This document shows positions 38,182 through 47,600 of a stretch of 50,058 nt of DNA, one piece after another (position 1 is the stretch's first letter; each line of letters starts with the position of its first letter). This DNA is from a bacterium (GTDB lineage Bacteria > Chloroflexota > Dormibacteria > Aeolococcales > Aeolococcaceae), in the NCBI GenBank assembly GCA_021847925.1, contig JAJZNI010000129.1:1-50058 (forward strand). Direction: 5' to 3'. Below the pieces are notes generated by a model, which saw nothing but the letters and a program-made list of their open reading frames with translations, was not told where the DNA came from and searched no databases. The position numbers and the translations under genes were made by a program.

Positions 38182-39672
38182 GTGCAGAGCAGAGCAGCGC
38201 AGGCTGCCGAGACGGCCCCCCGTCGCAGCGGCACGGCGTGGCTGTCCGGCGTCCGGATCATCCAGGGCGGCATGGGCGTCGCCATCTCGGGATGGCGACT
38301 GGCCCGGACGGTCGCCTCGCACGCGGCCTGCATGGGCGTCGTGTCGGGGACGTGCATCGACAGCGTGGTGGCGCGCCGGCTCCAGGACGGTGACCCCGGC
38401 GCTCACGTGCGCCAGGCGATGGAGGCCTTCCCGGACCAGGAGGTGGCGACCCGCGTGCTGGACCGCTACTTCGTCCCCGGAGGCCGGGCGCCGGGCACGC
38501 CGTACCGCCGGGTGGGCATGCACACCCACGCCGAGCGCCCCCACCTTCGCGACCTGACCGTCCTCGCCGCGTTCGTCGAGGTCACCCTCGCGCGCCAGGG
38601 CCACACGGGCCCGATCGGGATGAACCTCCTCACCAAGGTCCGCCCGCCAACCCTGCCCACCCTCTATGGGGCGATGCTCGCAGGCGTCGACTGCGTGCTG
38701 ATGGGCGCGGGCATCCCCAGGGAGATCCCCGGCGCGCTCGACGCGTTCGCGGATGGCCGGGCCGCCACCCTGCGCCTCCATGACGGCCCCTCGCAGGGCG
38801 AGGACGAGCCGCTCCTGCGCCTCGACCCGGGGGCGTTGACGTACGGCGCTCGCCGGCTGGCGCGCCCGGCGTTCCTGGCCATCGTCTCGGCCGCCTCCCT
38901 CGCCGCCATGCTGATCCGCCGCTCCACCGGCAGGGTGGACGGCTTCGTGGTCGAGGGACCCACGGCGGGAGGCCACAACGCCCCTCCCCGCGGGCGGCTG
39001 ACCCTGGACGAGACCGGCCAGCCCGTGTACGGCGAGCGCGACCGGGCCGACCCCGAGCGGATGCGCGAGCTCGGCCTCCCGTTCTGGCTGGCCGGGGGGA
39101 CGGGATCGCCCGAGGCCCTCACCAAGGCACGCGAGGCCGGCGCGACCGGGGTTCAGGTGGGCACGCTCTTCGCCTACTCACGCGAGTCCGGGATGGAGCC
39201 GGCGCTGCGCCAGCGCGTCCTCGACGCGGCGCGGCGGGGAGGCGCCGGGGTCCGGACCGACCTGCGCTCCTCCTCCACCGGGTTCCCCTTCAAGGTGGTG
39301 CAGATGGAGCGCACCGTGGCCCGCGCCGACGTCTACGCCGCCCGCCCCCGCGTCTGCGACAACGGGTACCTGCGCGAGCCCGTGGCCCTCACCCAGGGCC
39401 ACGTGACCTGGCGCTGCGCCGCCGAGCCGGTGGCCGCCTTCGTCGCCAAGGGCGGCGACCCCGACGAGGCACGGGAGCGACGCTGCCTCTGCAACGGCCT
39501 GCTCGCGACCGCCGGGTTCGCCCAGGTGCAGAAGGACGGGACGGTGGAGCCGCCCATCGTGACGAGCGGGGACGACCTCGTCCGGCTCCCGAGCCTCCTC
39601 CCCGCCGGCCGCGACGACTACGGCGCGTCCGACGTCATCCGCTACCTCCAGGGCGAGGCGGCCACGCTCTGA
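38182..39672 (+). CDS. Nitronate monooxygenase / FabK-like FMN oxidoreductase with a Cys-bearing C-terminal extension
   Basis: IIQGGMGVAIS, MGAGIP, VVEGPTAGGHN, LAGG, GVQVGTLF, S.TGFP; then VCD, RC, CLCN. Start codon uncertain. Confidence 0.82.
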   Translation: MQSRAAQAAETAPRRSGTAWLSGVRIIQGGMGVAISGWRLARTVASHAACMGVVSGTCIDSVVARRLQDGDPGAHVRQAMEAFPDQEVATRVLDRYFVPGGRAPGTPYRRVGMHTHAERPHLRDLTVLAAFVEVTLARQGHTGPIGMNLLTKVRPPTLPTLYGAMLAGVDCVLMGAGIPREIPGALDAFADGRAATLRLHDGPSQGEDEPLLRLDPGALTYGARRLARPAFLAIVSAASLAAMLIRRSTGRVDGFVVEGPTAGGHNAPPRGRLTLDETGQPVYGERDRADPERMRELGLPFWLAGGTGSPEALTKAREAGATGVQVGTLFAYSRESGMEPALRQRVLDAARRGGAGVRTDLRSSSTGFPFKVVQMERTVARADVYAARPRVCDNGYLREPVALTQGHVTWRCAAEPVAAFVAKGGDPDEARERRCLCNGLLATAGFAQVQKDGTVEPPIVTSGDDLVRLPSLLPAGRDDYGASDVIRYLQGEAATL

Positions 39673-39725
39673 GGGTCCCGCCCCGGGCGGGACGAACGGC
39701 CCAGCTCTCCCATGACCCTCTCCCC
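39666..39725. promoter_or_regulatory. Three DosR/DevR-like boxes with 23-bp period upstream of the regulator/heme operon
   Basis: GCTCT-GAGG-GTCCC (39666), GGGAC-GAAC-GGCCC (39689), ATGAC-CCTC-TCCCC (39712). -10-like GATGCT at 39749. Confidence 0.58.
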
Positions 39726-39749
39726 TGTTCCGGCCGGCGCACCGCGCGG

Positions 39750-40268
39750 ATGCTGAAGGCGATGCTGGTGTCGGACTTCGTGCAGATCGCCCGGCCCTTT
39801 GCCGAGGTTAAGAGGGAGCTCTCGACCTCGAGCGCGGGGTGGCTCGCCGACTCGGCGGTCGCCGCCTACGCGGAGGGTGAGCAGCTCTCGATGCGTGTCT
39901 TCTCCTCCATCGGCCCGGTCCGGGTGAGCAAGCGCGTGTGGGCCGACCTCGGGGAGCCCAGCGTGCGCCCGGACCGCGTCACCCAGCCGCTGACCTGGCG
40001 TGCCGCCGGGGCGACCAGCCTCTTCCCGGCGATGGAGGCGGAGATCGAGGTCACCCCGATGGGGGACAGCATGACCGCGATCAGCTTCCAGGGCAGCTAC
40101 GTCCCGCCCCTCGGCCCCCTGGGCCGGAGCGCCGACCGGATGCTCCTTCACCGCCTCGCCGAGGCCAGTGTCCGGGGCCTGCTGGAGCGCATCGCCCGGC
40201 ACCTCGAGGGACCCGACGCCACAGCCCCGGTCGCAATCCGCCGCGCTCAGACCGCCCCGGGCGGATAG
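39750..40268 (+). CDS. Hypothetical protein (possible START/SRPBCC-like fold)
   Basis: Protein-like ORF 'LTWRAAG...LFPAMEAEIEV...FQGSYVPPLGPLGRSADRMLLHRLAEASVRGLLERIA'. First gene of the operon; start may be ATG 39762. Confidence 0.75.
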   Translation: MLKAMLVSDFVQIARPFAEVKRELSTSSAGWLADSAVAAYAEGEQLSMRVFSSIGPVRVSKRVWADLGEPSVRPDRVTQPLTWRAAGATSLFPAMEAEIEVTPMGDSMTAISFQGSYVPPLGPLGRSADRMLLHRLAEASVRGLLERIARHLEGPDATAPVAIRRAQTAPGG

Positions 40269-41039
40269 ATGGTGGCGGGCGGGGTCGCCACGGCTCGGGG
40301 AGCGGCCCCGGACCTGCCGTACGCCCGGTCGCAGGCGCCGGCCGCCGTCACGCCGCGCCGGCACGGGGTGACGCGCACGCTCGCGGTGGACCGCTACCTC
40401 GAGACCATCTACTGCATCGCCGGCGAGGGCGAGCCCACCCGGCCCAGCCGCATCGCACACTGGCTCGAGGTGAGCGCGCCCACGGTCAGCATCGGCCTGC
40501 GCCGGCTGCGCGCCGGAGGATGGGTGCACACCGAGCTGGACCACCAGGTCATCCTCACCCCGGCCGGGCGCGCGATCGCCGAGGGGGTGGTTCGCCGCCA
40601 CCGTCTGGTGGAGCGCTGGCTCACCGACGTCCTGGGAATGGACTGGGCGTCGGCGCACGCCGAGGCCAACCGGTTGGCCCCCGCGACGTCCGCCGACGTC
40701 CTGGAGAGGCTGGACCGGGTGCTGGGAGAGCCCAGCACCTGTCCGCACGGGCAGCCCATCCCCGGGCGCCAGTCCCCCGGTGGCGAGCTCATCGCCCTCT
40801 CCGAGCTCGAACCCGGAGCCGCGGCGCGGGTGCGCCGGATCTCCGAGATCATCGAGCACGAGGCGTTCCAGCTCCTCTCCGAGCTGGGAGCGGCGGGGAT
40901 GCGGACGGGCACCGAGGTGACCGTCCATCCCCTGGACGACCACGTGCTGCTCGACCTCGACGGCGGACTCACCCGGCTGCGCCTGCCGCTGGCCGCGGCA
41001 CGGCTCATCTGGGTCGAGGCCGGAGGGCCGCGCCGGTGA
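40269..41039 (+). CDS. DtxR/MntR/IdeR-family transcriptional regulator with a FeoA-like C-terminal domain
   Basis: YLETIY, HTH 'IAHWLEVSAPTVS...RRL', LTPAGR, RRHRLVERWL, CPHGQPIP. Real start may be GTG 40368. Confidence 0.9.
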   Translation: MVAGGVATARGAAPDLPYARSQAPAAVTPRRHGVTRTLAVDRYLETIYCIAGEGEPTRPSRIAHWLEVSAPTVSIGLRRLRAGGWVHTELDHQVILTPAGRAIAEGVVRRHRLVERWLTDVLGMDWASAHAEANRLAPATSADVLERLDRVLGEPSTCPHGQPIPGRQSPGGELIALSELEPGAAARVRRISEIIEHEAFQLLSELGAAGMRTGTEVTVHPLDDHVLLDLDGGLTRLRLPLAAARLIWVEAGGPRR

Positions 41040-42508
41040 CCGCGCCCGCGCCGGACCGCCCGATCGGGGGCGCGCGGCGCCCGTCCGTCGCCGTCGTGGG
41101 GGGGGGCATCAGCGGCCTGGTGGCGCTGCACCACCTGGCCCGCTCGGGGCTCGTCGACGTCACCCTGCACGAGGCGTCGCCCCGCCTTGGGGGAAAGATC
41201 CTCGGCGGGTGGCTGGGAGATCCGGGCGTCCCGGTGGAGCTCGGCCCCGACGGGTTCGTCAGCCGCGGCTCGGACCTGCCCGAGCTCTGCGAGGCGATCG
41301 GCCTCGGAGACGAGCTCGTTTCCGCAGCCCACGGGGTCGTGCAGATCTGGAGCCGGGGCAGGCTCCGAACCCTGCCCCGGGGCCTGGTCATGGGCCTTCC
41401 GGTCCATCCGCTGGGCCTCCTGCGGAGCCGTCTTCTCTCGGTGGCCGAGCTGGGGCGCCTGAGCCTCGACCTCATCCTGCCCCCCACCCGGTGCCCCGGG
41501 GACGTGAGCATCGCCGCCCTGGTGGGGACGCGGCTCGGCCGCGGCGCGGTCGATCGGCTCGTCGAGCCGCTGGTGGGCGGTGTCTACGCCGGCACGGCGG
41601 AGTCGCTGGGGGTCGACGGCGCGCTGCCCGGGCTGCGCGCGCGCCTGGACGGCAGGCGCAGCTTGATCCGCGCTCTGCGCTCGGGACAGCCCGCCGTGGC
41701 GCCGAGCATGGTCACCCTCCGGGGTGGCCTCACCACCCTGGTGGAGGCCCTGCGTGCCGACGCCCTCGCCCGGGGAGCACGGATCCGGCTCGATTCCGCG
41801 GTGCGCGGGCTCCGCCCCGCCGCGGGGGGCGGCTACCAGCTCCTCGACGACGGCTCCCGTCCGGTCCACCACGACGCCGTCGTGGTGGCGACCCCCGCGA
41901 GTGCCGCCTCAGCGCTCCTGGCCCCCCTGGTCCCCGGCGTCGAACCCCTCGGCGGGGTGGCCTACGCGCCGGTCTCGGTGGTCGCGCTGCTCTACCCGGC
42001 GACGGCCGTGGCCGGCGAGCCGCGGGGGACGGGCTTCCTCGCCTGCCGCGCTGACGGAGGGATGCTCCGCGCCTGCACGTGGACCGACCGGAAGTGGCCG
42101 CACCTGGCCCGCGACGGGGTCCTGCTTGCCCGCTGCTCGATGGGCGGGATCGGCGATCGCAGGCCCCTGGAGCTGGACGACGGCGAGCTGGCCGGGCGGG
42201 CCCACGCCGAGCTGAGCGACGCCGTCCCCCTGCGCCAGGGGCCCCTGGACCGGCTGGTCGCCCGCTGGCCGAACGCCATCCCCCAGTACGCCCCGGGACA
42301 CCGTTCCCTCGTCGAGAGCGCCCTCTCGCACCTCCCGCGGGGCATCCGCCTGGCCGGCGCGGCCTATGAGGGGGTGGGCCTGTCCGCCTGCGCCCGGCAG
42401 GGCCGGACCGCGGCTCAGGGGGTGCTCGACGATCTCGCGAGCCGTTCCCACGACCGGCTCGCGGTCTCCGCTGCGTTCGGCGCGGAAACAGGTGCGCCGG
42501 GGCCGTGA
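41036..42508 (+). CDS. hemY: Coproporphyrinogen/protoporphyrinogen oxidase (HemY/CgoX type)
   Basis: VVGGGISGL, EAS.RLGGKI, ELGPDGF, EPLVGGVYAG, GTGFL, KWPH, AIPQY..GH, GAAYEGVGL. GTGA overlap. Confidence 0.9.
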   Translation: MTAPAPDRPIGGARRPSVAVVGGGISGLVALHHLARSGLVDVTLHEASPRLGGKILGGWLGDPGVPVELGPDGFVSRGSDLPELCEAIGLGDELVSAAHGVVQIWSRGRLRTLPRGLVMGLPVHPLGLLRSRLLSVAELGRLSLDLILPPTRCPGDVSIAALVGTRLGRGAVDRLVEPLVGGVYAGTAESLGVDGALPGLRARLDGRRSLIRALRSGQPAVAPSMVTLRGGLTTLVEALRADALARGARIRLDSAVRGLRPAAGGGYQLLDDGSRPVHHDAVVVATPASAASALLAPLVPGVEPLGGVAYAPVSVVALLYPATAVAGEPRGTGFLACRADGGMLRACTWTDRKWPHLARDGVLLARCSMGGIGDRRPLELDDGELAGRAHAELSDAVPLRQGPLDRLVARWPNAIPQYAPGHRSLVESALSHLPRGIRLAGAAYEGVGLSACARQGRTAAQGVLDDLASRSHDRLAVSAAFGAETGAPGP

Positions 42509-43734
42509 GCCTGCGTTTCGACGATCGCCCCATCCTGGTCTTCTGGGAGACCACGCGGGCCTGCCCGCTGGCCTGCCGGCACTGCCGCGCCGAGGCGCTG
42601 CACCACCCGCTCCCCGGCGAGCTCAGCACCGCCGAGGGTCTGCGGCTCATCGACGAGATCACCCGCTTCGGCCGGCCGCACCCGGTGCTCGTCCTCACCG
42701 GCGGGGACTGCCTGCAGCGCCCCGACCTCGAGGTCCTGGTGGGCCACGCGGGCGAGCGCGGGGTTCCGGTGGCGCTCTCGCCATCGGTCTCGCCCTCGCT
42801 CACCGGCGAGCGCATGGCCGGGCTGCGCGAGCTGGGCGTGCGCAGCGTGTCGGTGAGCCTCGACGGGGCCCTCCCCGCCACGCACGACCGCACCCGCGGG
42901 GTGGAGGGCCATCTCGGCCAGACCCTGGGGGCGATCGCGTTGCTGCGAGGCCTGGGGTACACGGTGCAGGTGAACACGACGGTCATGGCCGGCAACGTCG
43001 AGGAGCTGGCGGACGTCGCCGCCCTGCTGTTGGCGGCGGGGGTGGGCGTGTGGGAGGTCTTCTTCCTCATCGCGGTCGGTCGCGGCGCCGCCCGCGAGGC
43101 CCTCACCGCGGCGGAGTGCGAGGACGTCTGCCACCTGCTCGTCGACGTGGCCCAGCGCGGGATGGTGGTGCGCACCGTGGAGGGCCCCTTCTTCCGGCGC
43201 GTCGCCGCCGCCCGCCGGGGACGGCCCGCCGCGCCCGGGGAGACCGGCCCGCTCCACCGCCGGCTCGCCGCCCGCCTCGACGACCTCCTCGCCGGCGGGG
43301 GCGCCGCGGTGCCCCGCGCGCCGGTGGAGGACGCCCCACCCAGACCTCCGCGCCCGCTCCGGCCTCCCGCCGGGGTGGGGGGCGAGCGGCACCGGGGGAG
43401 CACGTCCACGACCGCGACGCGCGACGGCTCGGGGCTCATCTTCGTCGCCCACGACGGCGGCATCCTCCCCTCGGGCTTCCTGCCCCTCCCGCTCGGAAAC
43501 GTGCGCCGCGACAGCCTGGTGGACGTCTACCGGGACAGCCCGCTGCTCCGCGATATCCGGGCGGCGCGGTTCGCGGGGCGCTGCGGGCTCTGCCCCCACC
43601 GGCGCCTCTGCGGAGGATCGCGGGCGCGCGCCTTCGCGGCGAGCGGCGACGCGCTGGGGGAGGACCCGGCCTGCGCCTACCTCACCCCGGCGTACTCCGC
43701 GTGGCCGGCGCGGGCCGCGGAGGTCGGAGCCTGA
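42505..43734 (+). CDS. Radical SAM/SPASM protein of the NirJ/AhbD-like group
   Basis: FWETTRACPLACRHCRA (CxxxCxxC), LTGGD, SVSLDG, HD..RG, QVNTTV, LGNVR, GRCGLC....CGGSRARA....GD...EDPAC. Lies between hemY and hemH. Confidence 0.85.
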   Translation: MSLRFDDRPILVFWETTRACPLACRHCRAEALHHPLPGELSTAEGLRLIDEITRFGRPHPVLVLTGGDCLQRPDLEVLVGHAGERGVPVALSPSVSPSLTGERMAGLRELGVRSVSVSLDGALPATHDRTRGVEGHLGQTLGAIALLRGLGYTVQVNTTVMAGNVEELADVAALLLAAGVGVWEVFFLIAVGRGAAREALTAAECEDVCHLLVDVAQRGMVVRTVEGPFFRRVAAARRGRPAAPGETGPLHRRLAARLDDLLAGGGAAVPRAPVEDAPPRPPRPLRPPAGVGGERHRGSTSTTATRDGSGLIFVAHDGGILPSGFLPLPLGNVRRDSLVDVYRDSPLLRDIRAARFAGRCGLCPHRRLCGGSRARAFAASGDALGEDPACAYLTPAYSAWPARAAEVGA

Positions 43735-43754
43735 CCGGCGCGCCGGGACCGGGG

Positions 43755-44660
43755 GTGAGCCACGGCGTCCTGCTCCTCTCCTTCGGCTCCGCCCGCGACG
43801 AGGACGACGTTCCCGCCTACCTCGACCGCGTTCGCCGGGGCCGGCCGGTGCCGGCGGCGCTCGTCGCGGACCTGCGGGCGCGCTATCGCCGCATCGGGGG
43901 CTCCCCGCTCGCCGACATCACCCGGCGTCAGGCCATGCTGCTCCAGCTCCGCCTCGACCCCCGGGGCCGAGGCGACGTGCTGGTCCGTCCCGCGATGCTC
44001 CACGCCGCACCGGAGATCCCCGACGCGGTCGCCGACCTTCTCGGCGCGGGTGCCCGGTGCCTCGTCACCCTGCCGCTCGCGCCGCAGGTCTCCCCGCACC
44101 ACGCCGCCTACGAGGCGGCCGTGCGCGAGGCGGTCGCCGGGCGAGCGCCCGTCCACGTGGCCGGGAGCTGGCATCGCCACCCCGTCCTCCTCGGTGCCAT
44201 CGCCCGGCGCACGGCGCCGCTCCTCGCCGCTCCGGACGACGCCGAACCCGCGGTGGTCCTCTTCACCGCCCACAGCCTCCCCCTGGGCGCCCCCGGGGTG
44301 GAGACGTACCGCCACCAGGTGGGCGAGACGGCGGCCGACCTCGCGGGAAGGCTGGGGCTGGAGCCAGGTGCCTGGCGGATGGTCTTCCAGAGCCGCAGCG
44401 GCCCGGCGGAGGACTGGCTGGGACCCGACATCGGCGACGCCATCCCCGAGCTGGCCGCCACCGGCTGCCGGCGGCTCGTGGTGGTCCCCGTGCAGTTCAT
44501 GACGGATCACCTCGAGGTGCTGTACGACCTCGACGTGGCGGCCCGCGCCGCCGCCGAGGCGGCGGGCATGCGCTACCTCCGTCCGGGGTCGCTCAACGCC
44601 GCCCCGGAGTTGATCCAGGCCCTCGCGGACGCCGTCGCGGCGGCGCCCGGCGACGCCTGA
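43755..44660 (+). CDS. hemH: Ferrochelatase (coproporphyrin ferrochelatase CpfC/HemH)
   Basis: GVLLLSFG, RYRRIGGSPL..IT..Q, LAPQ.S, FTAHSLP, FQS, WLGPD, PVQFMTDHLEVLYDLD, SLN. Confidence 0.92.
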   Translation: MSHGVLLLSFGSARDEDDVPAYLDRVRRGRPVPAALVADLRARYRRIGGSPLADITRRQAMLLQLRLDPRGRGDVLVRPAMLHAAPEIPDAVADLLGAGARCLVTLPLAPQVSPHHAAYEAAVREAVAGRAPVHVAGSWHRHPVLLGAIARRTAPLLAAPDDAEPAVVLFTAHSLPLGAPGVETYRHQVGETAADLAGRLGLEPGAWRMVFQSRSGPAEDWLGPDIGDAIPELAATGCRRLVVVPVQFMTDHLEVLYDLDVAARAAAEAAGMRYLRPGSLNAAPELIQALADAVAAAPGDA

Positions 44661-44678
44661 CGGAGGGGCCGGACCGGA

Positions 44679-47600
44679 TCAGCGGGTGCAGGCCGCTGCG
44701 GCGGCGGGCTCCTCCGCCACCTCGGGTGGGGACCCGAGGGGAGCCGAGCCGTCGGCGCGCGCGGGGTAGCGCTCGGCCCCCCGCGCGGCCATCTCCTCGT
44801 ACGTCGCCCAGACCCGGTTCACCTCCTCCTGGGCGAGGGCGAGGAGGCGCTTCGCCTCGTCGGGATGGCTGCGGCCCAGGATGCGGTAGCGAAGCTCCTG
44901 CCTCGCGTAGTCGATGAACGGGATGCGCGGCCGGGGCGAGTCGAGCAGGAAGGGGTTGCGCCCCGCCGCCCGGAGCACGGGGTCGTAGCGCATCAGCGGC
45001 CAGTAGCCGCTCGCGACCGCGCGGTACTGCTGGTCGAGGCCGTTGCGCAGCTCGATGCCGTCCTTCTCGATGCCGTGGGCGATGCAGTGGCTGTAGGCGA
45101 TGACCAGCGAGGGACCCTCGTACGCCTCGGCCTCCCGCAGGGCGCGGAGGGTCTGCTCGGGGTCGGCCCCCATCGCCACCCGGGCCACGTAGACGTTGCC
45201 GTACGCGATCGCCTGGAGGGCGAGGTCCTTCTTGCCCACCCGCTTGCCGGCGGCGGCGAACTTGGCCACGGCGGCGAGCGGCGTCGCCTTGGACGCCTGC
45301 CCCCCCGTGTTGGAGTACACCTCGGTGTCGAGCACCAGCACGTTGACGTCACGCCCGCTGGCCAGGACGTGGTCCAGCCCCCCGGAGCCGATGTCGTAGG
45401 CCCAGCCATCGCCGCCCACGATCCACACGCTGCGACGCACCAGCTGGTCCAGGACGCTCACGAGGTCGGCCACGGCGGGGGTGGGCTCGGGGAGCGCCTC
45501 GAGGCGCCGGCGCAGCTCGGCGACGCGCTCACGCTGGGACTGGTACTCGGACTCCCGGCGCTGGGACGCACCCAGGATCTCGCCGGCGAGCGCCTCGCCG
45601 ACCTGCTCGCGCAGCTCGCCCAGGCGGTCCCGAGCGAGGCCGAGCTGCTGATCGGCCGCCAGCCGGAACCCGAGGCCGAACTCGGCGTTGTCCTCGAACA
45701 GCGAGTTGGACCAGGCCGGCCCGCGCCCCTGCGCGTTGGTGGTCCACGGGGTGGTCGGCAGGTTCCCCCCGTAGATCGAGGAGCAGCCGGTGGCATTGGC
45801 GACCACCAGCCGGTCTCCGAAGAGCTGCGAGAGGAGGCGCAGGTAGGGGGTCTCGCCGCACCCGGCGCAGGCGCCGGAGAACTCGAAGAGCGGCTCCAGG
45901 AACTGGGTCCCGCGCACGGTCTCGAAGTCCACCCGCGAACGCTCGACGAGCGGGAGCGCCTCGAAGAAGGCGATGTGGCGGCGCGCCGCGTCCACGAGCG
46001 GCTCGCGCCGCGCCAGGTTGATCGCCCTGCGCCCCGTCCCGCCGGGCGCCGTGATCGGGCAGGCCTCGACGCAGAGCGCGCACCCCGTGCAATCCTCCGC
46101 GTACACCATGAGGGTGAACCGATGGTCGGGAAGCCCGCGGGCGGCGAGGTCCATCGACGGGAAGCCGGCGGGCGCCCCCGCCAGCATCTCCTCGCCGTAG
46201 AGCTTGGAGCGGATCACGCTGTGCGGGCAGACGAAGCTGCAGTTGCCGCACTGGATGCAGAGCTCGGGGTCCCAGGCGGCGATCTCCTCGGAGATGTTGC
46301 GCTTCTCGTAGGCGGCGGTCCCGGTGGGGTAGGTCCCGTCCACGGGCAGCGCGCTCACCGGCAGGTCATCACCGTGACCCGCCATCATCGCCGCGGTCAC
46401 GGTGCGCACGAAGACGGGTGCGCTGTCGGGGACCGGCGGACGCACCGCCCGGGTGGAGGTCACCCGCTCGGGGACGTCGACGCGGTGCAGCGCCGCCACC
46501 GCGGCGTCCACGGCCGCGTTGTTGCGCTCGACCACCTCGGGCCCGCGGCGGGCATAGGTCTTGGCGATGGCGCCCTTGATGGCGGCGATCGCCTGGTCCT
46601 GAGGCAGCACGCCGGAGATCGCGAAGAAGCAGGTCTGGAGCACGGTGTTGACCCGCTTTCCGAGACCCGCCTCGCGCGCCACACGGCTCGCGTCGATGGC
46701 GTAGACGGCGAGACGCTTGGCCAGGATCTGCTCCTGCGCCCCGCGCGTCAGCGTGTCCCAGACCTCGCCGGCGGGGCTCGGCGTGTTGAGCAGGAGGGTG
46801 GCCCCGGGAGCCGCGCGCTCCACGACCTCCGGCCGCTCGATGAGGCGGGGATGGTGGCATCCGACAAAGCTCGCCTGGCCGATCAGGTAGGGGGCGCGGA
46901 TCGGGTCGGGCCCGAAGCGCAGGTGCGAGACCGTCTCCGACCCCGACTTCTTGGAGTCGTAGACGAAGTAGCCCTGCGCCTGCAGGCCGGCGTCGACACC
47001 GAGGATCTTGATGGTGTTCTTGTTGGCCCCGACCGTGCCATCCGCGCCCATGCCGAAGAAGAGGGCGCGCAGCGTGCGCGGGGACTCGATGTCCAGGGCG
47101 CGGTCGTAGGGCAGGCTGGTGCCGCTCACGTCGTCGTCGATGCCGACGGTGAAGCGCGGGCGCGGGTGCTCACGGGCCAGCTCGGCGAAGACGCCCGCCA
47201 CCATCCCGGGGGTGAGCTCCTTGGAGGAGAGGCCGTAGCGGCCGCCCACCACCAGCGGCATCACGTCTCGTGCCCCGCCGCCGTGGGCCTCCGACAGCGC
47301 CCCGAGCACGTCGAGGAAGAGCGGCTCACCGAGGGACCCGGGCTCCTTGGTGCGGTCGAGCACCGCCACCCGGCGCACGCTCCGCGGCAGGGCGGCGAGG
47401 AGGGCGTCGGCCGGGAAGGGCCGGTAGAGGCGCAGCTGGACGACCCCCACCCTCTCACCGCGCTCGGCGAGATAGGCCGCCGTCTCGGCGGCGGTCTCGC
47501 CCCCCGAGCCCATGATCACGATCACCCGCTCGGCGTCGGGGGCGCCATGGTAGTCGGCGAGGTGGTACCGGCGACCGGTGCGCTCGCCGAGCATGTCCAT

